From Octopus vulgaris (Eukaryota), in NCBI GenBank assembly GCA_951406725.2, contig OX597823.1, positions 6,944,001 to 7,008,000 of the forward strand: DNA of 64,000 bases. Direction: 5' to 3'. Both the position numbers and the translations under genes were made by a program. This document shows positions 52,797-64,000 of the stretch, piece by piece; position 1 is the stretch's first letter; each line of letters starts with the position of its first letter. The notes below the pieces were generated by a model. That model saw only the letters and a program-made list of their open reading frames with translations, was not told the origin of the DNA and searched no databases.

Positions 52797-53219
52797 AACT
52801 CTTTACTCTTTTTACTCTTTTACTTGTTTCAGTCATTTGACTGCGACCATGCTGGAGCACCGCCTTTAGTCGAGCAAATCGACCCCGGGATTTATTCTTC
52901 GTAAGCCCAGTACTTATTCTATCGGTCTCTTTTTGCCGAACCGCTAAGTGACGGGGACGTAAACACACCAGCATCGGTTGTCAAGCAACGCTTGGGGGAC
53001 AAACACAGACACACAAACACATACACAGACATACATTTATATATATATACATATATACGACAGGCTTCTTTCAGTTTCCGTCTACCAAATCCACTCACAA
53101 GGCATTACCTTGCCTGTGTTATAGCAGAAGACACTTGCCCAAGATGCCATGAAGTGGGACTGAACCCGGAACCATGTGGTTGGTTAGCAAGCTACTTACC
53201 ACACAGCCACTCCTGCGCC
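52797..53219 (-). mobile_element. SINE family A, full length
   Basis: Complete reverse copy. Confidence 0.92.
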
Positions 53220-54647
53220 TGTTGATATTTGGAATACTTTGAATGCCATTCTCCCTCTTCTGAACAACTATCAATATAGATTGATTAAAAACTAAACCCA
53301 CTGGTGATTTACTTTCCTTCAGTGGCTTATAAGTTGTCTGATCAAACATATTTGAATGAATTACATAGAGTACTAATCACCAACATACCTGCTTGTTGTG
53401 ATAGTGATCCTTAAACTTTAACACAACTCAATTGAACTTCTTCATTCTAGCTTTCTTCAATAATCCTCTCCCACTAATTTTATACCCTTCTCTACAAAAT
53501 GATCCAGTCTGACATGGCTGCTTTTTTTTTTTTTTTTTATCAATAATGACTTTCTTTGGTGAGCTAATGATCTTGTAAGGTTTTAACCCTTCTAATACAA
53601 ATCTACATGAGACCACCTCTGGTTCTGTGGTACAAACTTCTTTTTATTTACCAGAGATTCATTTTATTTTATGTTCCAAATACCACTTTACTAATAAAGT
53701 TAACTTAGTAAATTCATCATCATTTTCCAGATATTAATTAAAGCAAAGTCAGTGTATTTCAACAGAAATCTTGTAACAGACAGGTTAATATCATCAAACT
53801 CTAATGGTTATTTTCCCCAAGGATGACTATATTACAGGTTTTCTATTCATAAACAACTGCAAACATGAATTATCCTCACTATACACATTGGAATTCAACA
53901 CTTCAAGTTTGTAATCTTGACATCTTTAAACTGTGCCATATATGTCTGGCTTTGTTCTATGGAACCCAAAATACTCCATCTTTGAATAGTTACTGTCTCT
54001 CTACAAAAGCAGAGTATACCCTACTAGAAATACTATATTTCTCTCAGGATTGCTAAATCACCTTTAATTATTGGTATCCTAGACTATATTGAAGAAAGAA
54101 AGAAAATCATCCGGCAAATTAGTTTTCTCTTGCAGTATTCTATCCAAAGCCTTTGTAGTGCTCTGTCTCTGACTATATCCATTTATTTCTCCCTCCTCTC
54201 TCTCTCTCTCTTTCTCTCTCTCTTCACTACTATTTCTACAATTATAATGAGTTCTTGAAAATTTACATCATAATCTGTTACATACATAGCCTTGTACTTC
54301 TCATCGTGTCTATGCCTTTTTTTTTACATACATTGTATTTCTATCCCCAAATCTTGTTCAAAATATTACAGTCTTTCATCCTAACGGAAGCCATACTTTT
54401 GACACTTTTACTTCTGTGTCTTCATGATATTCTAATTTCTAACCATTCAAGCTCTGTGTATTTATTTAACTGCACTAATCTTACTCCTTGCATCCTGAGT
54501 GGGCAACAAGCAGCTAACAAACTTTCTTGCCTCTGTGGTAAACACATAAAAATACTCAAGAAGGTAAATTTATGCTTTACACATTTACTTTTCAATGAAA
54601 TATGTTTTTGATGGTTTATTTATTTATTCTTTTTTTTTAACTCCTAG

Positions 54648-54753
54648 TCAACCAAAACTGAACTCAACTGATGATGTGAAAGATAAACTTCTTCAACTCC
54701 TCATTAGTCAGTCTCATGGAATGCTGCTGAATTCTGGATGTCCTATTGAAAAG
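54648..54753 (+). CDS. dve: Internal coding exon of SATB/dve homologue, start of CUTL-like helical region
   Basis: T-rich tract, ttaac branch-like motif, cctag|T acceptor, AAG|gtaaag donor; 106 nt, phase 2/0. AG+T gives Ser, in frame with the previous exon. Encodes SQPKLNSTDDVKDKLLQLLISQSHGMLLNSGCPIEK, aligning with SATB CUTL [24 protein letters not shown] (recalled). Confidence 0.85.
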
Positions 54754-54834
54754 GTAAAGCCTTTCATTTTACTTCTTAATGACTATTTATTTAAGTTTAT
54801 ATTATATATTTAAGTTTATATTATATATTGTATA

Positions 54835-55240
54835 GGCGCAGGAGTGGCTGTGTGGTAAGAAGCTTGTTTACCAACCACATGGTCCCGGGTTCAGTCCCAC
54901 TGCATGGCACCTTGGGCAAGTGTCTTCTACTATAGCCTCGGGCCGACCAATGCCTTGTGAGTGGATTTGGTAGACGGAAACTGAAAGAAGCCCGTCGTTT
55001 ATATGTATATATATATATATGTGTGTGTGTTTGTGTGTCTGTGTTTGTCCCCCTAGCATTGCTTGACAACCGATGCTGGTGTGTTTATGTCTCCGTCACT
55101 TAGCTGTTCGGCAAAAGAGACCGATAGAATAAGTACTGGGCTTACAAAAGAATAAGTCCCGTGGTCGATATGCTCGACTAAAGGCAGTGCTCCAGCATGG
55201 CCGCAGTCAAATGACTGAAACAAGTAAAAGAGTAAAAGAG
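54835..55240 (+). mobile_element. SINE family A, full length
   Basis: Complete copy starting 81 nt downstream of the 54753 exon end. Confidence 0.92.
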
Positions 55241-55433
55241 TGTATGTATTGATAATTATAATAAATAATATTGTTGTTAAACTTCATCTTTATATTTGTT
55301 GTTTTCTCAAAGATGATGTTTTATTTAACTATTTTTTGTATATTTTCTAATTATAAACTAATTATGACCAGCATTAGAAATGTTTAAGAGTGGTGACTCT
55401 TTTAGTGTGGCTTGGAGACTTGCAACTCCTTAA

Positions 55434-55654
55434 CCCTTTAGCATTTAAACCGGCCATATCCGGCCAAAAATATTCTACCTGTTTTATGTTCAAACTGGCC
55501 AGATCTGGTCTCTCACACCAACCCTACAATATCATTTGAAAAATTAACAGCTACCTCATCAAAATCTCATGGCTACAAGATGATGAATGATTAGTTCAAA
55601 ACAATGTGGATGAAGAAGCATTAATTTTGGCAGAACAATGTGAACACTAAAGGG
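55434..55654. mobile_element. piggyBac-type MITE family P2 (221 bp)
   Basis: TTAA|CCCTTTAG ... CTAAAGGG|TTAA; second copy at 26791. Confidence 0.88.
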
Positions 55655-56511
55655 TTAAATAAGGGAGAGAATATGAGCTGTCAATAAAGATTGAAAAGAA
55701 CATAAACACATTGTATAAGGAGGAGATGATGTAATATTGATTTTAACATTAAAAAGAATGAAGGTTGGGAAATGTTTGTAGGTAAGAAAGTTGAGCTGAG
55801 ATAATTGCTGACATGATTCTGACAACAATTTACAACAAATGGGAAAATATGATTTTGACATAAATAAATATTTGAAAGAGTAAGGGAAATATCTAAATAC
55901 TTTGAATTCAAAATTGAGATAATATAGAAGTCTGCACTAAAATAATCAGACAACAAGTGAGTAAAGAAAGCAAATTCAAGCAAGAGATGAAATTAACAAA
56001 AATTCTAAAACTATTCATAACTTAGTAAATGTGATTTAAGTGTGTACACTTAAACTTCTTTACCTAAGATTAAGAGTTCAGTGTGAAGGAAATCACATTT
56101 GAGGACACGAGGGTCCTGTCAAGCTACCCAATTGCATAGTTTGACTGGATCCAATCGGTTCAAGGACTACATTGTGCTTTAATGTATTCCTTTGTATGGT
56201 TTCTATGGCTAGATGATGTCCTTCCAAATGCCAATGATTTTACAGCATGTATTGGGTGTTTCTTTTTTGTTTTTTTAATGTTCCACTGGCACTAGTGAGG
56301 TTGTCATGCAACCAGCAAAACTACAGAATCCATGGTAGGAGAGCATTTTTGCGAGGAGATGAGGGCTGAAGTATGAATGAAGGTGAGGAGGATAGGACAA
56401 GTAGGTTCTTGAAGAGGGGCTACGTAGTCACTCAGTTTCAAGAGAGTGTGAGAATGATCAGTAGGAGTTTTGCTAGTCCAAGTAGCACCTCAAAGTACAA
56501 GGTAAGAAGAT

Positions 56512-57395
56512 GTCACACACAACAGCCGTTGAAACCAAGAACTCATGTACTTGAGCATTGTCCTGATGAAACAAGACCCCTTTTGTCAGTTTTCTTGGGT
56601 GTTTGGTCTTGATAGCCTTTCATAATTGCCCCAGCATGTTGACATAATACTCTATTAATGGTGTGGCCTTTTTGAAGATAGTCAATAAACACATTGCCTT
56701 TTGCATCCCAAAAGACTAAGGCCATCACCTTCCCTGCAGATGAAACAACCATGGCCTTCTTTGGTGCAGGTGAGGAGAGGTGTTTCCATTGCATGGGTTC
56801 TCTTTGTCAAACTGAGGCTCAAACTGATGAACCCAACACTCGTTTTGGATTAAGAAATGCTCAAAGAAATCAGCCGGATCTGCCTGAAACTGTCAGATTT
56901 CCTCATGATGTGATTAGCCTCAAACACTTTTGATCAGGTGTCAGAAGGCATGGCACCCACCGAGTAGAAACCTTTGTCATACAAAGTTCATTGTGCAGAA
57001 TATTCTCAACTCTCTCATAGGTTATGCTAACAGCATCAGCTATTTGATTTATATTCGATTGCCAATCATCCATCAGCATGTGGCGAACATGATCAATGTT
57101 TTTCCTTGGTGGTGGCAGTTGCAAGACATCCAGACCTTGGGTGATCTTCAAGATTCTCCCTTCCTCTTCTAAATTCAGCTGTCCACTGTTGATAAAACTG
57201 GAACACCATCTCTTAATATAGCGACCATGTTAAGTACGAATGTCCTTGGGGATTAAATAATTTTTCAGCAGGTACTTGATAATGCCATGATGTGGAATTT
57301 TGTTGATGTTCAAGAGAAGTCAGTACTAGTTACTTATGAAGTCTTCTTTGAACAGCCAGATGTCAGTTTACCCAGAAAGAAACAATACAGTTGTT
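56512..57395 (-). pseudogene. 3'-truncated mariner transposase pseudogene (irritans-like)
   Basis: GIIKYL, ILHNELCMTKVSTRWVPCLLT, QWKHLSSPAPKKA...SAGKVMALVFWDAKG..FIDYLQKG, VLFHQDNA; frameshifted. Confidence 0.88.
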
Positions 57396-57409
57396 ACCTA
57401 CTACTCCAG

Positions 57410-57900
57410 TATGTCAATCACACACAAAGTTTATTTTCTCTGCCAGTCTGCTTTTGACTCCACATCTCTTGAGTGTCATAGCTGACAATGTGTACAACAT
57501 AAGGAGTTTATACCTACACCTTTTCTGCACATCGAGCAAGGCCATTTCCCTGAAGAAACTGAGTCCTGTCTTTTTTCCTACTTATTAGAACCTTCATCTT
57601 TGCTAAGTTTAAGACATCATTATTCTAGATTTAACTTCCATGCCTAGAATTTCCTCCCTCTAATTCTTGTATAGATTCAGCTATGAGAGCTAGGTTATCA
57701 GCATATGAAAGTTCCCAAGGACGTCCTATCTTAAACTTCTCTGTGATAACCTATATAACTATGATCAATAGGAGAGGACTGAGGTCTGAACCTTGATGAA
57801 CTCCTACCTTTACACTAAATTCATCAATGAAATCATTGTCAGTTCTAATTTACTTACTGCATCTTTGTACATAGCTTGTACAGCCCTTACAAGCCATTTG
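57410..57900 (-). mobile_element. RTE-clade LINE RT fragment with Cys-rich insertion
   Basis: WLVRAVQAMYK...EFSVKVGVHQGSDLSPLL...PWELSYADNLALIAES...GKWPCSMCRKGVGINSLCCTHC. Confidence 0.8.
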
Positions 57901-57910
57901 ACAATTATTA

Positions 57911-58651
57911 CACTTAGAAAAGTTCAGGACAAGTTATTACATCTGGTAAAGTACAGAGGAAGAAAATTTTTACTTAAAATATTGCAGCTAAGGTTACAAT
58001 TTCAAATAACATATTTAGATTTAGAAAATATTAGCTTTTATTAAAACTAAAAATTTTACTACAAGTCAATACTTCTATTTGTTGTTAGTTTTTACTTCTA
58101 TTAAAAATTAAAAATAACGCAATTAAGATATTTTATCTATATTTTTATCTATAAGGCGCAGGAGTGGCTGTGTGGTAAGTAGCTTGTTTACCAACCACAT
58201 GGTTGTGGGTTCAGTCCCACTGCGTGGCATCTTGGGCAAGTGTCTTCTGCTATAGCCCCAGGCCGACCAATGCCTTGTGAGTGGATGTGATAGACGGAAA
58301 CTGAAAGAAGCCTGTCATATATATGTATATATATGTGTGTGTGTGTGTGTTCTTTTATATGTATATATATATATGTGTGTGTGTGTTTGTATGTCTGTGT
58401 TTGTCCCCCTAGCAACCGATGCTGGTGTGTTTACGTCCCCGTCACTTAGCAGTTCGGCAAAAGAGACCGATAGAATAAGTACTGGGCTTACAAAGAATAA
58501 GTCCTGGGGTCGATTTGCTCGACTAAAGGCGGTGCTCCAGCATGGTCGCAGTCAAATGACTGAAACAAGTAAAAGAGTATATTTAGTAAAAATTTTCTTG
58601 CTCTGTACTTTACCAGACGTAAATAACTTGTCCTGAACTTTTCCAAGAGTG
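57911..58651. mobile_element. MITE-like element with ~70-bp TIRs, containing a family A SINE
   Basis: 57911-57980 (CACTTAGAAAAGTTCAGGACAAGTTATTACATCTGGTAAAGTACAGAG...) is the reverse complement of 58578-58651 with a few mismatches. Confidence 0.75.
58155..58577 (+). mobile_element. SINE family A, full length
   Basis: Complete copy with a doubled internal microsatellite block. Confidence 0.92.
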
Positions 58652-59679
58652 ATGACTCGTTTTGTACTTTTTCAGATTTATAATCTTAAGAATATTATTT
58701 CTCTTGCTCACATTTTTCCATGTAATCTATGTTTTTTCCAGGCTATGCTAATTAGTAATGTGTCAATTAGTGGTGCCATTGATAATTTTTTCTTTACCTC
58801 AATGATGCCAGGGACATATATCAAAAGTCCCCTAGAACTATATTCATAATAAGTATAGAACTATATTATCACCCTCAAATTTGAGAAACAACCACTCATA
58901 ACTTTTTTTCTTTTAAAACTTCATTGCATGAGATTGATACCATGAAATTCCTCGAATTGAGCTCTACCATTCAAGCTTAATTAATTATGCCAAAATGTAC
59001 CTAGGGACCAGTCCTCTTCAAAAAGATTACTGATTTTCCATTTGGTTAAGAACTGAATAAGCAACAAGCTCTGAAAGATCCTGCATGTGTGTAATTTGTG
59101 GCCTTACTCTTTACTCTTACTTGTTTCAGTCATTTGACTGCGGCCATGCTGGAGCAAGAATATTATTATCTAGATTCCTCTCTCTTCCTCCCTTACTCTC
59201 TCTTTACTCTCTTGTTGCTCACACGTGACCATCAGCCATCTTTCTTTTCCTAACTTGAGCTTCTTTCTGTCCTTTTCATCTGCCACACAGATAAGATGCA
59301 TTCTTGTCTATCTCCTCTCCTCTCTTTTCTCCTGTCAAAGCATGTTCCTTCAGTGTTCGCCACCTCATCTCGTTATGGCTTAGCAGCCCTTACTGTTTGT
59401 TTTCACTGTCCTGTTTTTGTTACCAATTTTGACCCTCTGCAAATCCCCAAAATATTTTGCTTTGTGGGAGCAACGGTTTTCCCGAAGACACATCTTATCC
59501 TAATTTCTCAAAATGTGGATTAGTTAACAGCTGAAAACTGATGAAGGGTTGTTCTTTATGTTACTTCTCTTGTTTTCTATTTCTTTCTTTCATTGTTCAC
59601 TAAAAAAGTTTGTGTTCCATGTTTTCGTGTTTCATGTTTACGTTTTCTGATCCCCTCTATCCATATGTAAGGATTTACA

Positions 59680-59709
59680 TATATGTATGTATTTATATAC
59701 ACATATATG

Positions 59710-59772
<63 letters not shown>

Positions 59773-60081
59773 GTGTGCGTGTGTGTGTATGTATATATGC
59801 ATATATGTCTTTATAAATACGTATATGTATATGTACATGTATATGTATATATATATGTGTGTTTATATATATATGAATATATATATGTATATATATGAAT
59901 ATATATATGTATGTATATGTTTGTATATATTTGAATATATATATGTATGTATATGTATATATATATATATATGTATATGTATGTATATGTATATATATAT
60001 ATATATGTATATGTATGTATATGTATATATATGTGTATATGTATATATGTATATCTATATGTATATATATGTGTATATTTG

Positions 60082-60116
<35 letters not shown>

Positions 60117-60117
60117 G

Positions 60118-60167
<50 letters not shown>

Positions 60168-60366
60168 TATATGTATATATATGTGCATATATATGTATGT
60201 ATATATATGTGCATATATATGTATGTATATATATGTGCATATATATGTATGTATATATATGTGCATATATATGTATGTATATATATGTGCATATATATGT
60301 ATGTATATATATGTGCATATATATATATGTATATATATGTGTCTGTGTGTGGTGTGTATATGTATA

Positions 60367-60415
<49 letters not shown>
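59680..60415. repeat. Large compound (CA)/(TA)/(TATG) microsatellite with a 26-bp higher-order unit
   Basis: (GTGCATATATATGTATGTATATATAT)5 at 60183-60312 inside about 730 bp of purine-pyrimidine alternation. Confidence 0.95.
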
Positions 60416-60416
<1 letters not shown>

Positions 60417-60486
60417 GGTCCTGTTGAGTCGGGGTTAACCACAGTAAATAAGGTACTCAATACATAGCAGAGTAAAGTAATTATTT

Positions 60487-60579
60487 TATAGAAGGAGTTT
60501 ACAGGACTAGAACTGTTTCATTCAGATGAAGATTTAATCTGAATGAAACAGTTCTAGTCCTGTAGAAGCTCCTTCTATA
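60487..60579. repeat. 93-nt fold-back hairpin
   Basis: Perfect 28-bp inner stem (60500-60527 with 60537-60564), 9-nt loop and an 11-bp outer stem TATAGAAGGAG/CTCCTTCTATA. Confidence 0.93.
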
Positions 60580-60591
60580 TATATATATATA

Positions 60592-60716
60592 TGTAGAAAC
60601 ATTGCCAGATTAGACTGGAGCCTGGTGCAGCCTTCTGGCTTCCCAGAACCCCGGTCGAACCGTCCAACCCATGCTAGCATGGAGAACGGACGTTAAACGA
60701 CGATGATGATGATGAT
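60592..60716 (+). mobile_element. Family B 3' fragment after (TA)n
   Basis: TGTAGAAACATTGCCAGAT...CCATGCTAGCATGGAGAACGGACGTTAAACGACGATGATG. Confidence 0.85.
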
Positions 60717-60769
60717 ATCCTTTACTGGTTTCAGCCCAGGGCTGAGGTCATGCTGGTGCACCACCTGTA

Positions 60770-61540
60770 GTTCCTTGAAATCTTCCACATAAACATCATG
60801 TAGATCTCATGGGTTGCCTGGAAGGATGTTGAACAATTGCGAGCCCTTGAAACCCAGACTATTGGAGACAACAGGGTCTTTGTTATGATGCAGTGCCGTC
60901 CAGTTGGAGTATTAGTATAGCTAGTCTTTCACTGCTGTAACTCTGGGATTGTAGTGCCTTTGGGTCCTGTATATGCAGTACTTGATAGTGCAGTGCTTGA
61001 AATCTTGGGCCACTTGTATGTCAAATTCAAGTCCTACTGTAGGCTTGCAACATCATCTTGGTATTTTTATTTCCTGTGATTATTTTGTATCATTAGCATA
61101 GCTAGTGACAATGGCTTTCCTAATGACTGTAGGCGTGTCTAAGAGGGCTGTTATAAACAGTAATGGCCTGAGAACAGTTTCCTGGTGGATGCCACTGAGG
61201 ATTTGAGTTTCATCAAAAAGGGCACCATGGGCTGCAACTACCTGACTTCTGTCTTCAAGGAAGTCATGCAGCCATTCTCCCAGTTTACCAGCAATGCCAA
61301 GATCTTGCAGTTTATGGCATATCATACTGTGACCTACCTCATCAAATGCCTTTGCAAAGTCTAGGTATATCACGCTGACATCTGAATGGGCAAGCAGCTG
61401 TTTCAAAATCCAGTTATAGTGTTGTAAGAGTTGTGTGAGATAGTTTGTTCCTGTATGGAAGCCATGCTGTGTATTGTTCAGTAGGTCATTTTCTTCTAGG
61501 AACATTATCAACATCTTTCTGATGATTCATTCTGTGACTT
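60770..61540 (-). mobile_element. CR1-clade LINE RT fragment, internally deleted
   Basis: [15 protein letters not shown]...TQLL...VIYLDFAKAFDEV...GKLGEWL...SGIHQETVLRPLLF...YANDTK, then SLGFKGSQLFNILP near 60850. Confidence 0.88.
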
Positions 61541-61563
61541 TACTAAGTCATAAATACACACAT

Positions 61564-61606
<43 letters not shown>

Positions 61607-61768
61607 CATATATATATATATATACATACATATATATATATATATATACATACATATATATATATATATATACATACATATATATATATATATATACATA
61701 CATAATATATATATATATATACATACTATATATATATATACATATATACATATATATATATATACATA

Positions 61769-61835
61769 TGTCTTCCCCCCGGGCCGACCAATGCCTTGTG
61801 AGTGGATTTGGTAGATGGAAACTGAAAGAAGCCTG

Positions 61836-61877
<42 letters not shown>

Positions 61878-62086
61878 TTGTGTGTCTGTGTTTGTCCTCC
61901 TAGCATTGCTTGACAACCGATGCTGGTGTGTTTACGTCCCCGTCACTTAGCGGTTCGGCAAAAGAGGCCGATAGAATAAGTACTAGGCTTACAAAGAATA
62001 AGTCCCGGGGTCGATTTGCTCGACTAAAGGCGGTGCTCCAGCATGGCCGCAGTCAAATGACTGAAACAAGTAAAAGAGTAAAAGAG
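61769..62086 (+). mobile_element. SINE family A, 5'-truncated, preceded by (TA/CATA)n at 61555-61768
   Basis: CCCGGGCCGACCAATGCC...GTAAAAGAGTAAAAGAG. Confidence 0.88.
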
Positions 62087-62499
62087 AGCATATACACATA
62101 GACACGAGGTAGTAATGGATGACTGTGCAGCAAATTTACCATTCATGTTGCATCCCTTATTAGTAAGCTCATTAAACTCCCACTGCTGCTTGAATCCATT
62201 GCTTACTACAAGGTCTGACAAGGGCTATAATGTAATATAAAGTGTACATCAATGAAGAGAGAAAGAATGCAGGCAGGAACTTGGTATTGCTTTATTATAT
62301 ATGCATTGACATATAAACAGGAAATAATAATAACAGTAATAAAAGTGATATAACATGTTACTAATTCATCCATACACTTATTGCTGTGGTCTATTCAACC
62401 ATACATGGTACTAACAATAGTGATAATCATCATCATAGCAATATTACACATAATAATGAAATACTTAGGAAATATTTACACATACACATATATAAATGC

Positions 62500-62538
<39 letters not shown>

Positions 62539-62760
62539 CAACAGAGACATACATATACTGCTTATATAAATTCATATGAAAATATACTCAAAACATTCAC
62601 ATACTTATGCACTTGTACAGACTCAGTATATATATATATATACACACACACACATACACATGTATATACATACATTCACTTCATTCCCCAAAATATATAT
62701 ATTCACACACACAAACACACATATGGATACACTCACTTCACATCCTCACAATATGAAGTG

Positions 62761-62798
<38 letters not shown>

Positions 62799-63152
62799 CA
62801 TACCTACTTCATACACACACACACATATATATAAACAAAATTAGTAATGCAGTAATGGGAATAACCTCAACCAGTATACGAACCGTCGTGTGCATTTGCC
62901 ACCAAAGAATGTACCAACAACAGTAACAATGCACATTCTACCGACAACAGTATTAGTAATAAAGTAAAACAAAATTATCATAAGTAATCATATCATTATG
63001 ATAATCATTATCACTAATGATGTTAGTACCATCTGTTGTGGTGTAGGCCCTTGGCAGTTTGTGTGTAGGTAAAGTATTGATATTTCATATTATTATTATT
63101 ATTATTATACTATTATTATTTTTCATCTATATGTATATACATCTGAATGTAC

Positions 63153-63215
<63 letters not shown>

Positions 63216-63296
63216 CAGACACACATATAAGTACATACATACACACATGAATAAATATATGTATATATATGTATAAATATGGACATATATGTGTAT

Positions 63297-63405
63297 ATCA
63301 TCATCATTGTCATTTAACGTCTGTCTTCCATGCTGGCATAGGTTGGACAGTTTGACAGGAGCCAGCCAGCTAGAAGACTACACCAGGCTACTGTGTCTGT
63401 TTTTG
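63297..63405 (-). mobile_element. Diverged family B 3' fragment
   Basis: TCATTTAACGTCTGTCTTCCATGCTGGCATAGGTTGGACAG...CACCAGGCT. Confidence 0.65.
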
Positions 63406-64000
63406 CATGCACACCTGACACCTGTGTGTATGTTCGTATGGATTTGCAGACTTGTTTACAAATATTAGCTACAAAGTGTGTGTTTGCCTGTGTGCTTGAA
63501 GACATACTGGATCTACATCTGTGCATTATGTGATTACATATGTATATGTTTAGGTGTATGCACTTGTGTGTGTGTTCATGTACATATGAGGATGTGTGTG
63601 TATATGTATAGAGACAGAGGTGTATGCGTGTACCTGTACACTTTTGTATGTGTGTATGTGGATATATCTATCACAATGTGTGGCAACAAAATCTTTGTAG
63701 TATGGCAATTTATAACCCCTTCCACAATTCCATTTCTGCCTGCCTATCTAGATACTATGTCTATTTGCATATCTGGCTTTCTTCTTGACCTTTGTCTCCG
63801 CCTTCCTTTTGGTAACTGACCCCACATTGTTATCTATATCATTATACACTTGTGATTTTGTAGGTGTAAATCCCTTCTCTCCTGCCCCTGTTCCTTGTTC
63901 CTTCTCGCCTTATATCTATTAGTTATTTATACACGATGACTCTGTGTTTGTGACTTGCATTTCATCTCTGCCCGAGGACATGTTTGGTTTGGTTATGTAT

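Noticed and set aside
59538-59560. CTGATGA as a hammerhead ribozyme core
   Set aside because: No stem II closed by GAAA follows, so the catalytic core is incomplete.
59610-60467. Long ORFs rich in Y/I/M/C/V/H/T (up to 255 aa), also at 41439-41877, 61474-61950 and 62381-63313
   Set aside because: Translations of (TA)/(GT)/(CA) microsatellites that happen to lack stop codons; no coding signal.

Overview
AT-rich, microsatellite- and SINE-rich eukaryotic DNA. The repeat families look like those of Octopus or another coleoid cephalopod, which is an inference from recognition and not a search result. I can support one host gene: three phase-compatible + strand coding exons (33730-33927, 40222-40348, 54648-54753). 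Spliced, they encode the ubiquitin-like oligomerisation (ULD/COMPASS) domain and the start of a CUTL-like helix of a SATB/defective-proventriculus (dve) chromatin-organiser homologue. The start exon and the homeodomain exons were not found in the window. The rest is intronic or intergenic. It holds four SINE or SINE-like families (called A-D here), two families of ~221-bp TTAA/CCC piggyBac-type MITEs and a long-TIR MITE. It also holds two mariner pseudogenes and a Tc1-like remnant, CR1, RTE, R4/Dong-like and Penelope-like retroelement fragments, several long perfect palindromes and many micro/minisatellites. No prokaryotic system, CRISPR array or true tRNA/rRNA gene is seen. The most interesting leads are inverted young SINE pairs bracketing frame-shifting exons, a covarying SINE 3' RNA structure, repeated nesting into microsatellites and intronic hairpins.
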